Shown here piece by piece: positions 12,686 through 26,110 of a stretch of DNA of 64,000 bases (position 1 is the stretch's first letter; each line of letters starts with the position of its first letter). The translations under genes and the position numbers were made by a program. Source of the stretch: Oscarella lobularis (Eukaryota); contig NC_089179.1 of the NCBI RefSeq assembly GCF_947507565.1, positions 926,681-990,680 on the forward strand. Direction: 5' to 3'. The notes beneath the pieces were generated by a model that saw nothing but the letters and a program-made list of their open reading frames with translations, was not told where the DNA came from and searched no databases.

Positions 12686-15600
12686 CATGCCCGCTCGTCC
12701 CGCAGACCCAGGAGACGTCGCAAACGCGCGAAAAGACAACGAATCGCAAAAACAGTCGATCGGCAACGGAATCGCCGCCGATTCAATGACGACGACGTCG
12801 ATCGGCGGCGTAGTCAACTTGTCGTGCCACGGCGCCAACGTCGGACTGACGCTCGATCGTCGAACGTTCAAAATCACGTCGATCGAGCCGTCGAGCGCGG
12901 CGGGAAAGAGCGATCTCGTTCACGTCGGCGACGTCGTCTTACGCGTCAACGGTCACTGCACGGCGGCGCTCGAATACGAACGCGTCGTCGATCTGCTCGC
13001 GAACGTCGCCGCCGGCAGAATCGATCTCAAAATTATGCGAAACGTGCCGAAGGCGGAGCCAGCGACGTCGCTCGAGTATAATATCCCGCCACTTTGGGTC
13101 GAGAGCGATCATCGGTGCGGTGGCCCTCTAGCGGAGAAGGTCGACCGATTTTTTTTCTGTTTTCTTAGTCACAATCACGGCGAGATGAACGGTCAGGCAC
13201 CGTCGGCGTCCGGAGGAGGCGGAGGCGGCGGGAGAATGCCTCGACGAGCGATGAGCTTGGCTAACGACGGGCGACCGGGAAGTCCGTTGGCGCGGCGGAG
13301 CTATGTTCAGTTGAAAAATTGGTCTACTGAGAAACGGATGACCGATACGCTTCACAGTCGAGTCAAATCGGTGAGTAGGTGGAGTTCTCGTTCTCGATGG
13401 CTTTTCTCTCTTCGAGGAAAGGAGGGCGAGGCAGGTGTCGCGAGAAGGCAGGCGCGCTTACATCGGTTCTAGTAGAGAGTCCGGTTGACTCTATAAATGG
13501 TCTTTATTTTTCTAAGGTCTAGCTCATGCATACGTATGTCGAACAAAGCCTGGTGGGGCTTTTCTAGGCACCGGTGGAGCATTCGTGCCCGGTTTTTGAC
13601 CCGTTCTTTTTGTAACTGGCTGATCCTCCGTTTTTCCTCCTCCGTGCCCTCTCCGTGCCTCTTTCGCGTATCGTGTTTCATCTGCCTTTTTCACCTCTCC
13701 AAACGAGATCGCTCGAGACTTTTTCGCACACGCCTCGCAATGTTGTGTCTCGTTCGCGGTTTCTGCAATAAATGCGCTCGTTCGATTGACTCCCTGACAT
13801 CGGTGGCGCGCTCTTGTTTGGGGCGTTCTTCAGTCAATAAAGCCGGAATTCAAGCGAACCAGTTGCGTTGGGTTCTAGACTTTCACAACGTCGCTACACG
13901 ATACACTAGGGGCGTAGACTTTCCTCAGGGAGCGCGTACGCATGTTTTCTTTTCAAGAATGCACACGTTTTGCAAGAATAGTTCACCAACAAGTCGTATA
14001 GCTCCGCGACTCGCGCACCTGCTCGCTTTCTTCCATGCGGTGGTGGCGTTTTTTATCTCAAGTCAAAATGCCGCCCACCGCGGAAATGGAGGGGGGAGGG
14101 CCGGCCCGTCGCGCGATCTCATCCCTCTTCCCTCCTGCAGGTTCACGATACGTGGTGCAATCCGAATCATTGCCAAGGATCGATCATGTATCCGCTCGGC
14201 GCCGAAGTGAAACGCTTGCCGGGCGAATCTCGTTCGAAGGATGACGTCATCGATCAGGCGGAGGCATTCCTGAGCGAATATTTTCAATCGCTAAAAAAGT
14301 AGATTATTTTTCGTTCTCACTTCCTTGCTATTTTTCGTAAATCGATATTCAGACGAAGCGACAGTCAGAGCACGAAGAAGAAATTGGAGGAAATGGAAGC
14401 GAAGCGAATGCGCGAAGTCGTCGCCGAAGTCGAATTGAAAGGCACGTACGAATTAGACGAAAAAGAATTGGTGTTCGGCGCCAAACTTGCGTGGAGAAAC
14501 TCGCCGCGATGCATCGGACGCATTCAGTGGAACAAGCTTCAGGTACCGGCCGCGCGAACGTGACTGGGAGGCGGGGCGGGGCGGGGCGACGACGACGTCG
14601 ATGTTTTTTAGGTATTCGACTGTCGACACATTTCGAGTGGCGAGGAAATGGAACAGGCGATACGTCATCACATCAAATTTGCAACGAATGGAGGAAACAT
14701 CAGGTAGGAGGAGTATGCAAATTGGCGTGTCTTCTCGCCCAATCCCCGTGGCGGCGGCGATGTTTTCTTCCCAAGGTCGGCTATCACCGTGTTTCCTCAG
14801 CGAACGAGCAAACGAGACGACTTCCGTATATGGAGTCCCCAATACTTCCGCTACGCCGGCTACAAAATGGAGGACGGCACGATATTGGGCGACCCGGCAA
14901 CGGTCGACTTCACCGAAGTGAGTGCGCAACGAACGTGTTCACTGAGCAAAAATGCGACGTGTTTTATATAGATAGTCATCGGTTTGGGATGGAAGCCGCC
15001 GGAGGAGAAGACCATGTTCGATTTGATGCCCATTGTCATTCAAGCGCCGAGAGAAAAACCTCGTCTCGTCGACGTATCCGATCTCATTCTCGAAGTCGAG
15101 GTCTGGCATCCGCAGTAAGTCCATTCGATAAGGGGAGGGGAAAAGAAAAAAAAGTTGTGAATTCTAGGTATCCGTTTATGAAAGATTTGGGCCTAAAATG
15201 GTACGGATTGCCCGCTGTTTCGAACATGATGTTCGACGTCGGCGGCCTCGAGTTTCCCGCCTCTCCATTCAACGGATGGTGAGTCCCACTCGCCGCAGAG
15301 AGTTTCATTGAGATTCACGTTCCTTCTCAAAGGTACATGGCCCCCGAGGTGGCGGCGCGCAACTTCGGCGACACGTATCGTTTCAACATGCTCGAACCGG
15401 TTGCCAAGGGCATGGGACTCGATACGAGTTCGCTGTCGACTTTGTGGAAAGACAAGGCGCTCGTCGAGCTCAACGTTGCCGTGCTGCACAGCTTTCAGGT
15501 GAGAGATCGGTCCGGACGGGAGGAAACCGTATACATCATTGAAATATTTCCTAGGAAGCTAAAGTGACGATTAATGATCACCATTCGGCGGCCGCTTCCT

Positions 15601-18600
15601 TTATGCAACATTTGGAGAAAGAGGTGTGGATCAATATTATCTATTGATTTGATGATATATGACTCTTCATCTTAGGTATCTCTTCGCGGAGGTTGTCCTG
15701 CTGATTGGGTGTGGATTGTTCCTCCTTTGTCAGGGAGTGCGACTCCGGTATTTCATCAGGTCAGCAACCCGGAAGAGATGTCTAATTAATTATTTATTTT
15801 TTATTGTATACAAGGAAATGCTCAATTACAAGATGAAACCGTCTTTCGAATACCAGGTTTGCTAGATAACGAATCGGCGTCCTCCTTATTACGCGCGACG
15901 CGCCTCTATAGGAGGCCGCTTGGCTCACTCAACGCTCGATCGACAAACAGGCGAAGAAGCAGAAGAAGAGGGGCATCAAGACGCTCGTCAGCGCGGCGCG
16001 AGTCGTCATGATGTCGATGCAGCTCTTTCAGCACCAGCTCATGAAACGAGTGCGCGTGACGATACTCTACGCGACGGAAACGGGCAAATCCGAGCGCTAC
16101 GCAAAGGACGTCGCCAGTCTGTTCAGTCACGCCTTCGCCGTAAAGGTAGAATAAAAAATCGTCGAGAAACGTTCTATTTTGATGCGTTTTTTCTTTTTTC
16201 TTTTTTTTTTCGAGGTCGTCTGCATGGAAGACTACACGTTCTCTGATATCGAATACGAGCAACTACTGCTGACCGTTACGAGCACGTTTGGCAACGGCGA
16301 TCCGCCCGACAACGGCGAGGTGTTCGGTCGCGAGCTCTACGAAATGCGTCATCCGCCGCCGCTCGAGGAGGAGAACAAGAACAAGCGAAAAATCAGCAGC
16401 ATACACTTGGCCATGTCGAGCAAACACTATCAAGGAAATCGGGACGATTCGCAGCCGTTGGCCAACGTTCGGTGAGTTATAATAATAATAAGACCGCGCC
16501 GTTGATAAATACTCGGCGACCTTTCGGCTAGATTTTCTGTCTTTGGGCTGGGCTCGCGCGCCTATCCCAACTTCTGCGCCTTTGCGCGATCCGTCGATCG
16601 CTTGCTCGGCGAACTCGGCGCCGAGCGCGTCTACGAGAAAGGCGAAGGCGACGAGCTGTGCGGGCAGGAGGAGTCGTTTCGCAAATGGGTCACCGGATGC
16701 TACGAGGCCGCCTGCAAGACGTTCTTCTTGGACACGAATCTGAAGGACTATTCGGACGCTTTGTCGACGTCGTCGAAGGAATGGCAACCGGATAAGTTTC
16801 GCGTGTCCGTTCAGACGGGCAAAGTTCCTGTTACCGATCTGTGCAAGAGTACGCCGGCGCGTGCGAGAGAGATTTAGATTGATTTACTTTTTCTGCGTAG
16901 ATCTTTCGGATCTTCACAAGAAGAACGTCTATCCGTGTCGCATGCTGTCGCGCACCAATCTCCAGAATGAGGAATCGCCGTACGTCGCCGGCTGGATAGA
17001 TAGGCGGCGGTCTCTTTGTGACGTTCGTCGTTTTTTTCTTTGTTTCAGACGTTCGACTATCTTGGTCAAAGTCGACATTCAGAACGAGCCCATGCTCGTG
17101 CACGAACCCGGCGATCATTTGGCTATCTTTCCGCAAAACCAACCATCGCTCGTGAATCAGCTCATCAAGCATTTGATTGACGCAACGCCGCCAGACGAAC
17201 CTGTGCTCGTGGAGTACAACAAAGGAAAGAAAGGTGAAAGCAGAGGGGGGGGGGGGGGGGGGGGGGGGGGATGAAACAATTTTTAATTCTAAATTCGTTT
17301 TAACGGCAGGCGACGACTGGAAACCTTTTGAGAGGCTTCCACCTGGCTGCACTCTCCGCCAGGCACTCCAGCAGTATTTGGATATTACTACGCCTCCAGC
17401 TCCTCAGTTCCTTGCCATTCTTGCTACACTGGTACGCCGGCGAGGGAGAGGGGGGAAAGGAGCTCTAAAAGCACCCCTGTTCTTCTTTTAGACGGCCGAT
17501 CCAAAAGAGAAAGAGAAACTGTTAGAGCTTTCTAAAGTCGGTGTCTGGAGAGCCACGCTTTTGCAGCGATAGTTAAATGTTTTTCTTTAGGGAACAACCG
17601 CTTATGAGGACTGGAAATTTGACAAGTGTCCGAACATGGTTGAAGTTCTCGAGGAGTTTTCCTCTCTCGAAGTGCCCACTTCTCTCTTTTTGGCCAAGTT
17701 GCCCTTGCTTCAGTCGGTAAGTTCGATCGATCGATCGAGAGTCTCGTCGCAACGACGATTATGTTTGCGTAGAGATACTATTCTATTTCGTCTTCGAGAG
17801 AATACGTTGGCGGAGAAATTCACTGCACTGTTGCCGTCGTCTCGTTTCGAACTCAGGGAGGAAGTGGTTCGCTCCACCACGGCGTCTGCTCCTCGTGGCT
17901 GAATCGAATTACGAAAAATACAATAGTGCCCTGCTTCGTGCGAAAGTATAGCAAAAGTGGAAATCGTTGGCGACACACGTAAAAGTAAAAGTCTCATCGT
18001 CATTTTTTTTTCAGAGCGAGCTCGTTCTATTTGCCGGAATCAAAGAAATCGCCCGTACTCATGGTTGGTCCCGGCACCGGCATCGCTCCTTTCCGTAGTT
18101 TCTGGCAGCAACGCAAAATCGAAATGGAGCTCAAATTTACCGTTCAATCGAGTGGCAAACTTGATGCCATAGCGGAGGATCAAGAGGGTCCCATGTGGGG
18201 CGACATGGCCCTGTTTTTCGGCTGTCGTCATCCCAAATTGGATCACATCTACAAGAAGGACATGGAAGAGCTCGTCAACGAAGGCGTTCTGGCCAAAGTG
18301 GGCTGCGCCTACTCGAGAGACCCCAATCAGCCGAAAGTAAGACGAGCTATCTTATTGCGAAGTTAATCTCCATACATTGGCTACGTCTTTTAGCAATACG
18401 TGCAGGATCAGTTGAAGCAGGAGGGCGAGTATATCATGCGGAAACTGCGAAAGGAGAACGGGCACTTTTACGTGTGCGGCGACGTTTCCATGGCTGCCGA
18501 CGTGGGCAAGACGCTCGAGGTGCATTAGAGTTCGCAATTGTTTGATCAATTTCCAACGACGTTACGTTGCTCTTTTCCCTAGGTCATATTCGAGCAGCAC

Positions 18601-19048
18601 GGCGGAATGTCGTCGACTGAAGCGAGAGCGACCGTCGAAAAGATGAGAGTAAGATTCGCGTGTGTCCGCTTTTGTTGCTTCAATTTGATTTGATCCTGGT
18701 TGCTATTGTCTACCTTTCGCTTCTTTTGTTTGTCGCGAACCCCGCTCTCCTTTGTTTGCTTTGTCCGTATAAAGCGTGCGAACCTTTCTAAATGCATACC
18801 TGTTCGTTTGCGCTAAGGCTATGGGACACTACCACGAAGACATCTTCGGCGTGACGCTGAGAACAGCAGAAGTGACCGATCGTGTCCGAAACGCGGCAAA
18901 GAAGTACGTAAACAGCGGTCTTTGTATAGTAGCGGTTTGTCACGAAACGAACGTAGGGCATGGAAAATTATCGCAGATGCTTCAGGGCAAGAAGAAGTGG
19001 TACGACTATTCGACTTCTATCTTTTGTCATCTACCAAAAATTGTCTAG
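12686..19048 (+). CDS. NOS: Nitric oxide synthase, nNOS-like (PDZ + oxygenase + CaM-binding + FMN with autoinhibitory insert + FAD/NADPH reductase), about 20 exons
   Basis: PDZ: [68 protein letters not shown] (nNOS KNWETD..TDTLH). Zn site [13 protein letters not shown]. Heme Cys: [41 protein letters not shown]; [25 protein letters not shown]; [40 protein letters not shown]. CaM site [23 protein letters not shown]: [31 protein letters not shown]. Autoinhibitory insert [21 protein letters not shown].., then [23 protein letters not shown]: [82 protein letters not shown]. The 3' end lies somewhere in 18905-19056 and is uncertain. Confidence 0.9.
13372..14140 (+). other. Unusually long (~770 bp) intron between the NOS PDZ exons and the oxygenase exons; candidate internal regulatory or alternative-promoter region
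   Basis: Exon ..HSRVKS|gtgagt at ~13371. Next coding exon (T)[18 protein letters not shown] follows ..ctcctgcag at ~14140. All other introns in the window are 45-70 bp. The ORFs inside this interval are low-complexity or in alternative frames. Confidence 0.3.
17244..17272. repeat. Poly-G homopolymer tract (~29 nt) in a NOS intron (G-quadruplex-capable, or an assembly artefact)
   Basis: agcagag + ~29 g residues + atgaaac directly after exon ..YNKGKKGE. Confidence 0.6.
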
Positions 19049-19540
19049 TCTATGCCGGAGATGAAGCCCATGATGAAGACGTCGAAAAAGAAGCTAATGG
19101 GGGTAGGTTAAGAACTCGGAAATGTTCTAGTCTCTTCATTCGGAGTGCCTCAATGTCTCGCAGCTTGAGCGCGGACACAGCGGCACGCGTCCGAAACTCC
19201 CGGTCCGCTCGACTTCAAAAGACGTTCCGGACGAGACAAAAAATAGCGAATCGGAGCCGCCGTCGTCAGAGTACGGACGCGGTAGCGTCGAAGGCGACTC
19301 CTTCATTGTTATTTTCGTTTGTAGGTCAAATGGCAGTGACGGTAAACGAAGCAAGCCTCGTCCGCCGCTGCAGAGAAGAGAGAAGACGCTCAAAGAAGAG
19401 CCCGAAGACCTGTCTTCTCAGAGCTGAAAAAGGATTTCGAGTTCTCTTTCCATGTGCTGCCTAGCTATTTCTCTATGTTTCTTGTTTTTGTCTCAAGGCT
19501 ACGAATTTCAGCTGTGCGTGTGCTCTGTGCAAACTCTGTG

Positions 19541-20765
<1,225 letters not shown>

Positions 20766-20767
<2 letters not shown>

Positions 20768-21896
20768 GCGACTTTTCCGTACCTTTTTGCTTTGCGTGAG
20801 GCCACACTCGCGTCGCCTTTCAACGAAAATCGTCGTATCTGCGCACGGCGCCGCCTTCAATCCTAGCCAGACTGGCGACGCGACGACGCTGTACGGTCAC
20901 GACGCTTACTTTGTGACGCGAACAGCCGCCTGCACGGCCGCGGGTAAGCAGAAAAAATGCAGCGCCCTCGAAATAATCGTAGGATCACGCCCACAGGCGT
21001 CGCTGATGGGATCGGCAGTTGGGCAAAAGACGGAATCAATCCTTCGGAATTTCCTTCCCTACTCATGACTCGCTGCAGAGAAGCGATTGTGTCGGGTCTC
21101 GTAGCACCCAACGACGTGTTAGAACAGGCCTTTGAATCCATGAAGAACGATTCCCGTCCAGTAGCCGGTAAGTCTCTTCAAGAGCTGTTTGTATAGCAAG
21201 CCACGTATATGACTGGTTCTGTTGTTAGGAAGCAGTACGGCCTGTTTGGCCGTCGTTTCGGGCACCACGTTGCACGCGACGAATCTGGGCGACTCCGGTT
21301 TTGTTGTCGTGAGAAGAGGCAGCATCGTGTCCTCGTCCGCGGCCCAGATGCACGCACTCAACTACCCCTACCAGTTGACAATACTACCGGAGAAAATTCG
21401 CAGTAAGGGCATATCACTTCTGAGGTAAGAGCAGAGAGAGGAGGAGTATATATATAGAGACGCACTACTCTCGAGGCCCCGTTCACTCTTTCGCTAAGCC
21501 TACATGTAGCTTTCTACTATAGTCCCGCTGCTGCGGATTCAAGTTCGTTTCAACTTGAATCCGGTGATATCGTCGTTGTCGCAACCGACGGTCTGTATAA
21601 TAATTTGCATCGTGAGCAAATTGAGAATTACGCGTCTCTCGTAGAGGTATGCTCTTTTAGAAGAATAATATATAGACTACGAGAACGATCGTATTCTCCT
21701 AATCAAGGTTGTCGACGACGATTCCCTAAAACGGTTAGCAAAAATTTTAGTTACTGAAGCAAGGACACTTTCGTTTGACTCGAAATACTTTTCTCCCTTT
21801 GCGGAGGAGTCGACGAGAGTTTATTCGCAAAGATGTCTCGGTGGGAAACCAGACGATGTCACGGTTATAGTGCTGGGCATTGCAATTGACACGTAG
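20766..21896 (+). CDS. PPTC7: PPTC7 / PTC7-type mitochondrial PP2C phosphatase (the CoQ-biosynthesis regulator that dephosphorylates COQ7), multi-exon
   Basis: Presequence MRLFRTFLLCVRPHSRRLSTK; GHDAYFVTRTAA; ITPTGVADGIGSWAKDGINPSEFPSLLMTRCREAI (PPTC7 GVADGVGGW..GVDPSQFS); MLGSSTACLAVVSGTTLHATNLGDSGFVVVRRGSIV..QMHALNYPYQLTI; SGDIVVVATDGLYNNL; FSPFAEES..GGKPDDVTVIVLGIAIDT*. Confidence 0.85.
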
Positions 21897-22109
21897 TGTT
21901 CTTAGACATGCTGGTGCGTCGCGAGTGTATTGCTGCGTATAGTGGGACTAGACTAATACAAGACATACGCTAGACAGCACGGAAAACCGGTGAACGCGCA
22001 GCAATGGGTTTTCAATTTTGTTCAGTCATCTCCCGATCCTGTTCCCTCTACGGTCCAGCCTGGTCAATTTTTTTTTTATTATTAGAAGGCGGGTTGAAAA
22101 ACAGGCTTC

Positions 22110-22165
22110 GTACCTTCTCCTTTTTCTCCTTTTTCTCCCTTTTCTCCCTTTTCTCCTTTCATGTT
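22110..22165. repeat. TC-rich microsatellite (tccttttc-type units) between PPTC7 and the TIL gene
   Basis: ccttctcctttttctcctttttctcccttttctcccttttctcctttc. Confidence 0.7.
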
Positions 22166-22250
22166 GCCCTTCTTTTTGCAATCGTGTTCTTCCTCATCGA
22201 AAGCGTTACCTTTGTCTGTAAAGAACTCCGTTTTACAACTGAGGGGATAA

Positions 22251-23610
22251 TTAGAGGAAAGCTATGGTACCACCTTTCTCGGGTTTTTCAAACCAATCAT
22301 CGAGTGGTTTGAACAGATCATCTTTGAGATCTGACAGATTTTGACGTGGTGGACAGTTTTTGCGTTGAACGCAACGATCAGTGCCGTTGATACTGTAAAG
22401 ACCTGGCGGACACTGACATCCCTTGACGCAGACGAGCGGACACGGCCCCGGCGCCGTTCCACACGTCAGCGGACACATAGTTCCACACGACGTATAAATT
22501 TTGTCTCCGGTGCACGTTTGACCTGCAAATCAAAAATAGTACCGTAAACGCTAAAGATTCGAAAGAGACCGGTTGGGGGGCATTCTTCCGGTCGGACGCA
22601 TTGCTTAGTGGCGTTGTTTTCGACGAGTCCTTGTGGACACTGACATCCCGCATGGCATATCTTTGGGCACGGTACGAAAGGCAGCTTTGCATTCTTGCAC
22701 GTGCGGCGACACGGGCTTCCGCATTCGAGGAATACTTTACCGCCCGTGCAAACAGGTTTTGGTTCTAAAACGCTCTTATAGAAACCGCTCGCACGCACTG
22801 GGACGCATACTTGGTGTAGGTTTCGGACACTCTTCGAGTCTTATGCATCTTGTGACGCCGTTCCTGTCGGTGTGCTCTGTTTGCCCTCGAGGACACTGAC
22901 AGCCTCTGACACAATGAAAAATGCATTTTCGACCGGTGAGACGATCGCACGTAGGCGGGCACGGACTTCCGCATCCTCGAAAGATTTTACCTCCGGTGCA
23001 TTTGGCCCAAACTAGAAAATTTGTTTCCGAGCGCAAATCTCAGATGTACAGTAGGAGAAACGTTCGTACTTTGAATACGGCATTGACTCAGTGGCATGCA
23101 CTGTCCTGTCATCTTGTTCTCGACCGTGCCTTTGGGGCACTGACATCCAGGCAAGCAGGGCTGGGTGCGGGCACACACGCGGTTGGGGTAGACGCACGTA
23201 TTAGGACAGGCACTGCGGCAAAGTTGAAATACTTTTCCGCCTGTGCATCGTGCCGCGAATGGGTTGAAAGGGATTCCTACACACGAGCGCGCAAAATTTT
23301 AATGAATTGGTCTGGCGCTTCGTCGGCCGTTAGACAGGTGTGAGACGATAGCAGTGGAATGCTTCTCACCGCAGCAGTGGAACGCGCGAAAACGCTGCTT
23401 CGCGAAGTAGTCGGAGAGTCAGATTTACATGCAAAACGTTAAAAGTAGAATAGGGCAAAGGACTGATTGGTCCCAATTTTGTTGTTTGAAGGCTCGTTTG
23501 CCTCTGCGCAAAGAGCGACGGCTTTAGAAGCCGTATCACTTGCACTTACCGTAGGCTTGCGGCGAAAAGTAGCAGAGAGCGAGGAGAAGCGTCACGCAGG
23601 TTGCAAGCAT
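22251..23610 (-). CDS. Secreted cysteine-rich protein with four TIL (trypsin-inhibitor-like) domains; putative serine-protease inhibitor
   Basis: Signal peptide MLATCVTLLLALCYFSPQAY, then a gtaagt donor. Four repeats of the TIL pattern C..G..F..CGS.C..TC...C...C..GCQCP.G...C: CTGGKVFQLCRSACPNTCVY..CLPGCQCPKGTVEN..CMPLSQC; CTGGKIFRGCGSPCPPTCDR..CVRGCQCPRGQTEH..CIRLEECP; CTGGKVFLECGSPCRRTCKN..CHAGCQCPQGLVEN..CVRPEECP; CGTMCPLTCGT..CVKGCQCPPGLYSI..CVQRKNCP. Confidence 0.75.
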
Positions 23611-23854
23611 TGTCAGGTTCTTGCAGAAAGTGAGCGCCTGCTAGCAGAGCTGCTAGTTTAGTATAGGGGACTTGGCAAATTTTTTTGATAAGGTGCACAG
23701 CCTCTCTGCACCGCATACTGCGCTAGGATTGATGTAGTTCATCCAAGCGTGACCCCCAAACCCGAATTTCTTTATTTTCACCCCAAACCGCTTGATCAAT
23801 AGAACGTGAATGCGCATGCAGGAGACAAAACGTTGCACAGTTGTACAAAAAGCA

Positions 23855-25194
23855 CTACTTCAGTCCAACTGAAAGGCCGACAATCAAAGCAATGAGACCC
23901 AAGAGAACCAGACAGAGAATGGCACATAAGACCTTTTTCTAATGAAAACGCGAATGAATCCCAACGATACACTGAACTCAAAGGGACTCACTCGTCTCGC
24001 CTTCTTCTGATAGACGGCCGCCTTCCTCGTTGCCTGTTTAGCTTCGGTAACGTGACCAGCTGCACTGTCCACATTAGCTTCAATGTTATCAATCAGTTCT
24101 CCCTAAAAATTGAAATTGAAAGCGCGTAATTAGAGAAACTAGATTAGCTTTACTTGCTCTTGAACCATAGTCGCCATGTCCATGAACAAATCGTAGAGTT
24201 CCTGTTGGTCAAAGACAAAGTAACAGATCGTATTACTAAGGGAAATGCGAATTCATGTACTTTCATGCTTTTCTCTAGCCGTATGATGTCACTGTGTCGC
24301 GTCTCGATTTCTCCTAACGCTCGTCTCATCTGCTCATTGTCAACCAAAATCTAAAAAGAAGTATTTTTCATTAGTAAGTGTCAAAGATTTCCTCTATTCA
24401 TATGTGTAGGAGACACACTCACCCCTTGACTGAATACATTGAAATTTCCTTCATCCAACATGTCTTCCACTTCTTCGGGCGACTTCTGTTTGTCGGCTAC
24501 GAAAAAACGGGTATGCCATACATTATCTATACGGCTTCCATTAACTGACTTATGGTCAATTGACGTCGTATCCTGTTCTTGCACTTTTCCCTATAGTCCA
24601 TCTGCACGGCGTTGTAGTCTTCCAAAACGGACGTAAACTTGCGAACGAGTGTAGCATGCTAATAGACGCCTTCGCGACACGTTTGCACCCGACACCGCTA
24701 ATGTGTTTACCTGAGCCTTATATATCCTTAGGTCAGCTGAATGCCTGCTATCGCCCTTCTGCTCCTCCTCAATTTTCTTCTCCATCGCTACAAAGAAAAA
24801 ATAAAAAAAAAGATGCCTGAAACGAGATTTCATCTCGTCACCTTTCAGTCGAAGACGCACGGTATTAGATTGGCTCTTCACATCGTCCATCATCGACTCA
24901 AGTCTTTCTCTCTGAGCTGTCGAGACAGCGTCCTGAATTTTTTATATTTCTAGGTCCTGTGTAATTCGTGTACCATCTCCGCCACCGGCTCCCGACGCGT
25001 GAAGCGGATTATTCACAATGTCGTCCTCGAGACGTCGAATCTCGTAGACGGTCGTCTGGATTCTGCCTATAGCGTCGCGAAGGTCGTCAACCTGCAAAGA
25101 AGACGCTACGGACTCGGCGAATTGTTTTATCTTTATATCTCACTTGGCCGAAGAGGTCCGACAAATAGGCCTCTTGTTGATCGTCGCCGCCCAT
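23855..25194 (-). CDS. Syntaxin-1-like Qa-SNARE (plasma-membrane syntaxin), multi-exon
   Basis: [24 protein letters not shown] (syntaxin DDDVAVTVDRDRFMDEFFEQV); [26 protein letters not shown]; [20 protein letters not shown]; [26 protein letters not shown]; [25 protein letters not shown] motif [20 protein letters not shown], then ..[38 protein letters not shown] followed by [27 protein letters not shown] short 5' exon probably lies upstream of 25194, because an in-frame stop precedes that ATG and is flanked by an ag acceptor. Confidence 0.85.
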
Positions 25195-25463
25195 GTCGAC
25201 GACGATATCGTCCGGACGAACGTCACCCTATTAGGTATCGCTAGCGATTTTTTGGGGTTCGCCATTGCCTTACCTCGTGCTGCAAAGCGAGGAGAAGGTC
25301 TTTCATTTTTCTCTTTCGGCAGTGAAAGCTCCTCTGCAGCCGGGCAACTTCGTCGCGTGATCCACAACCGCCTTCGATATCGTCGTCGCGTCGCGTCTCC
25401 CTGCTTCATTGTTTGATCTATCCGGGGAAGCGTCATCACACGTCACTGCTCAGCGCGTGATCG

Positions 25464-26110
25464 ATGGCCACATTCGCGATCTTCTCCGTGTTGGTAGCAT
25501 TTCTCGTCGCCGTTCGAGCTCATCCGACTTACTACGAAGTCGACGAGCGCTACTTGCAACCTGGAGCGCTGCCTCCTTTCAATTCCTACCACATCCACGT
25601 CATGTTCGTCAACGGCAACAACGAATCCATCAAAGCAGCCATGGAATTTCACGACGAGTTTGTCGAAAAGTTTAATCTAACTGGAACGAAGCCGTGCACC
25701 GGAAATCTTCATCAGGGTCGCCTCTGCATGTTCGGTAAGAAAAGCGTCCAAGACGAGCCATTTGTCACGTCACGTCTTTGCGCAGAGGTTGAAGTGCAGC
25801 CGTCGTCCGACTCTCCCTTTATCTCCGGACAGTGGGCTGCATTCGTTCCACTGGAAGACTTTCAACGATGTAAGTGTTCATGAACTTGATCAAGGAAACT
25901 TGATCTGCCTCTCGTTTAGGCGTTCCTTGGACCATGCAAAACCGAAAGGGCCTCGACATCTTTGTTCATCCCAACTCCGGCAAGGGACTCGATGACCACA
26001 CGCTTTGGCCGCTGTGGTAAGATGGAATTTCAATTATTAAAAAAAAGTCAATTCTTTTTTCTAGGGGTGGCATGCCTTGGCCAATCAACGTGGCAGCATT
26101 TTCTACCTAA
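25464..26110 (+). CDS. Secreted DOPA 4,5-dioxygenase-family (DODA/YgiD-like) protein, 3 exons
   Basis: Signal peptide MATFAIFSVLVAFLVAVRA; YHIHVMFVNGNNESIKAAMEFHDEFVEKF (family YH.H.YF..), then a gtaagt donor; next exon VPWTMQNRKGLDIFVHPNSGKGLDDHTLWPLW; short last exon GGMPWPINVAAF. The family assignment rests on the motif pattern only. Confidence 0.55.

Noticed and set aside
13497-14210. 237-aa plus-strand ORF ([22 protein letters not shown]..) and opposing small ORFs
   Set aside because: They lie entirely inside the long NOS intron. The sequence is low-complexity and Cys/Arg/Ser-rich, with no motif I recognise, and it is flanked by clear NOS splice sites. I treat it as intronic and flag only the intron itself as a possible regulatory region.
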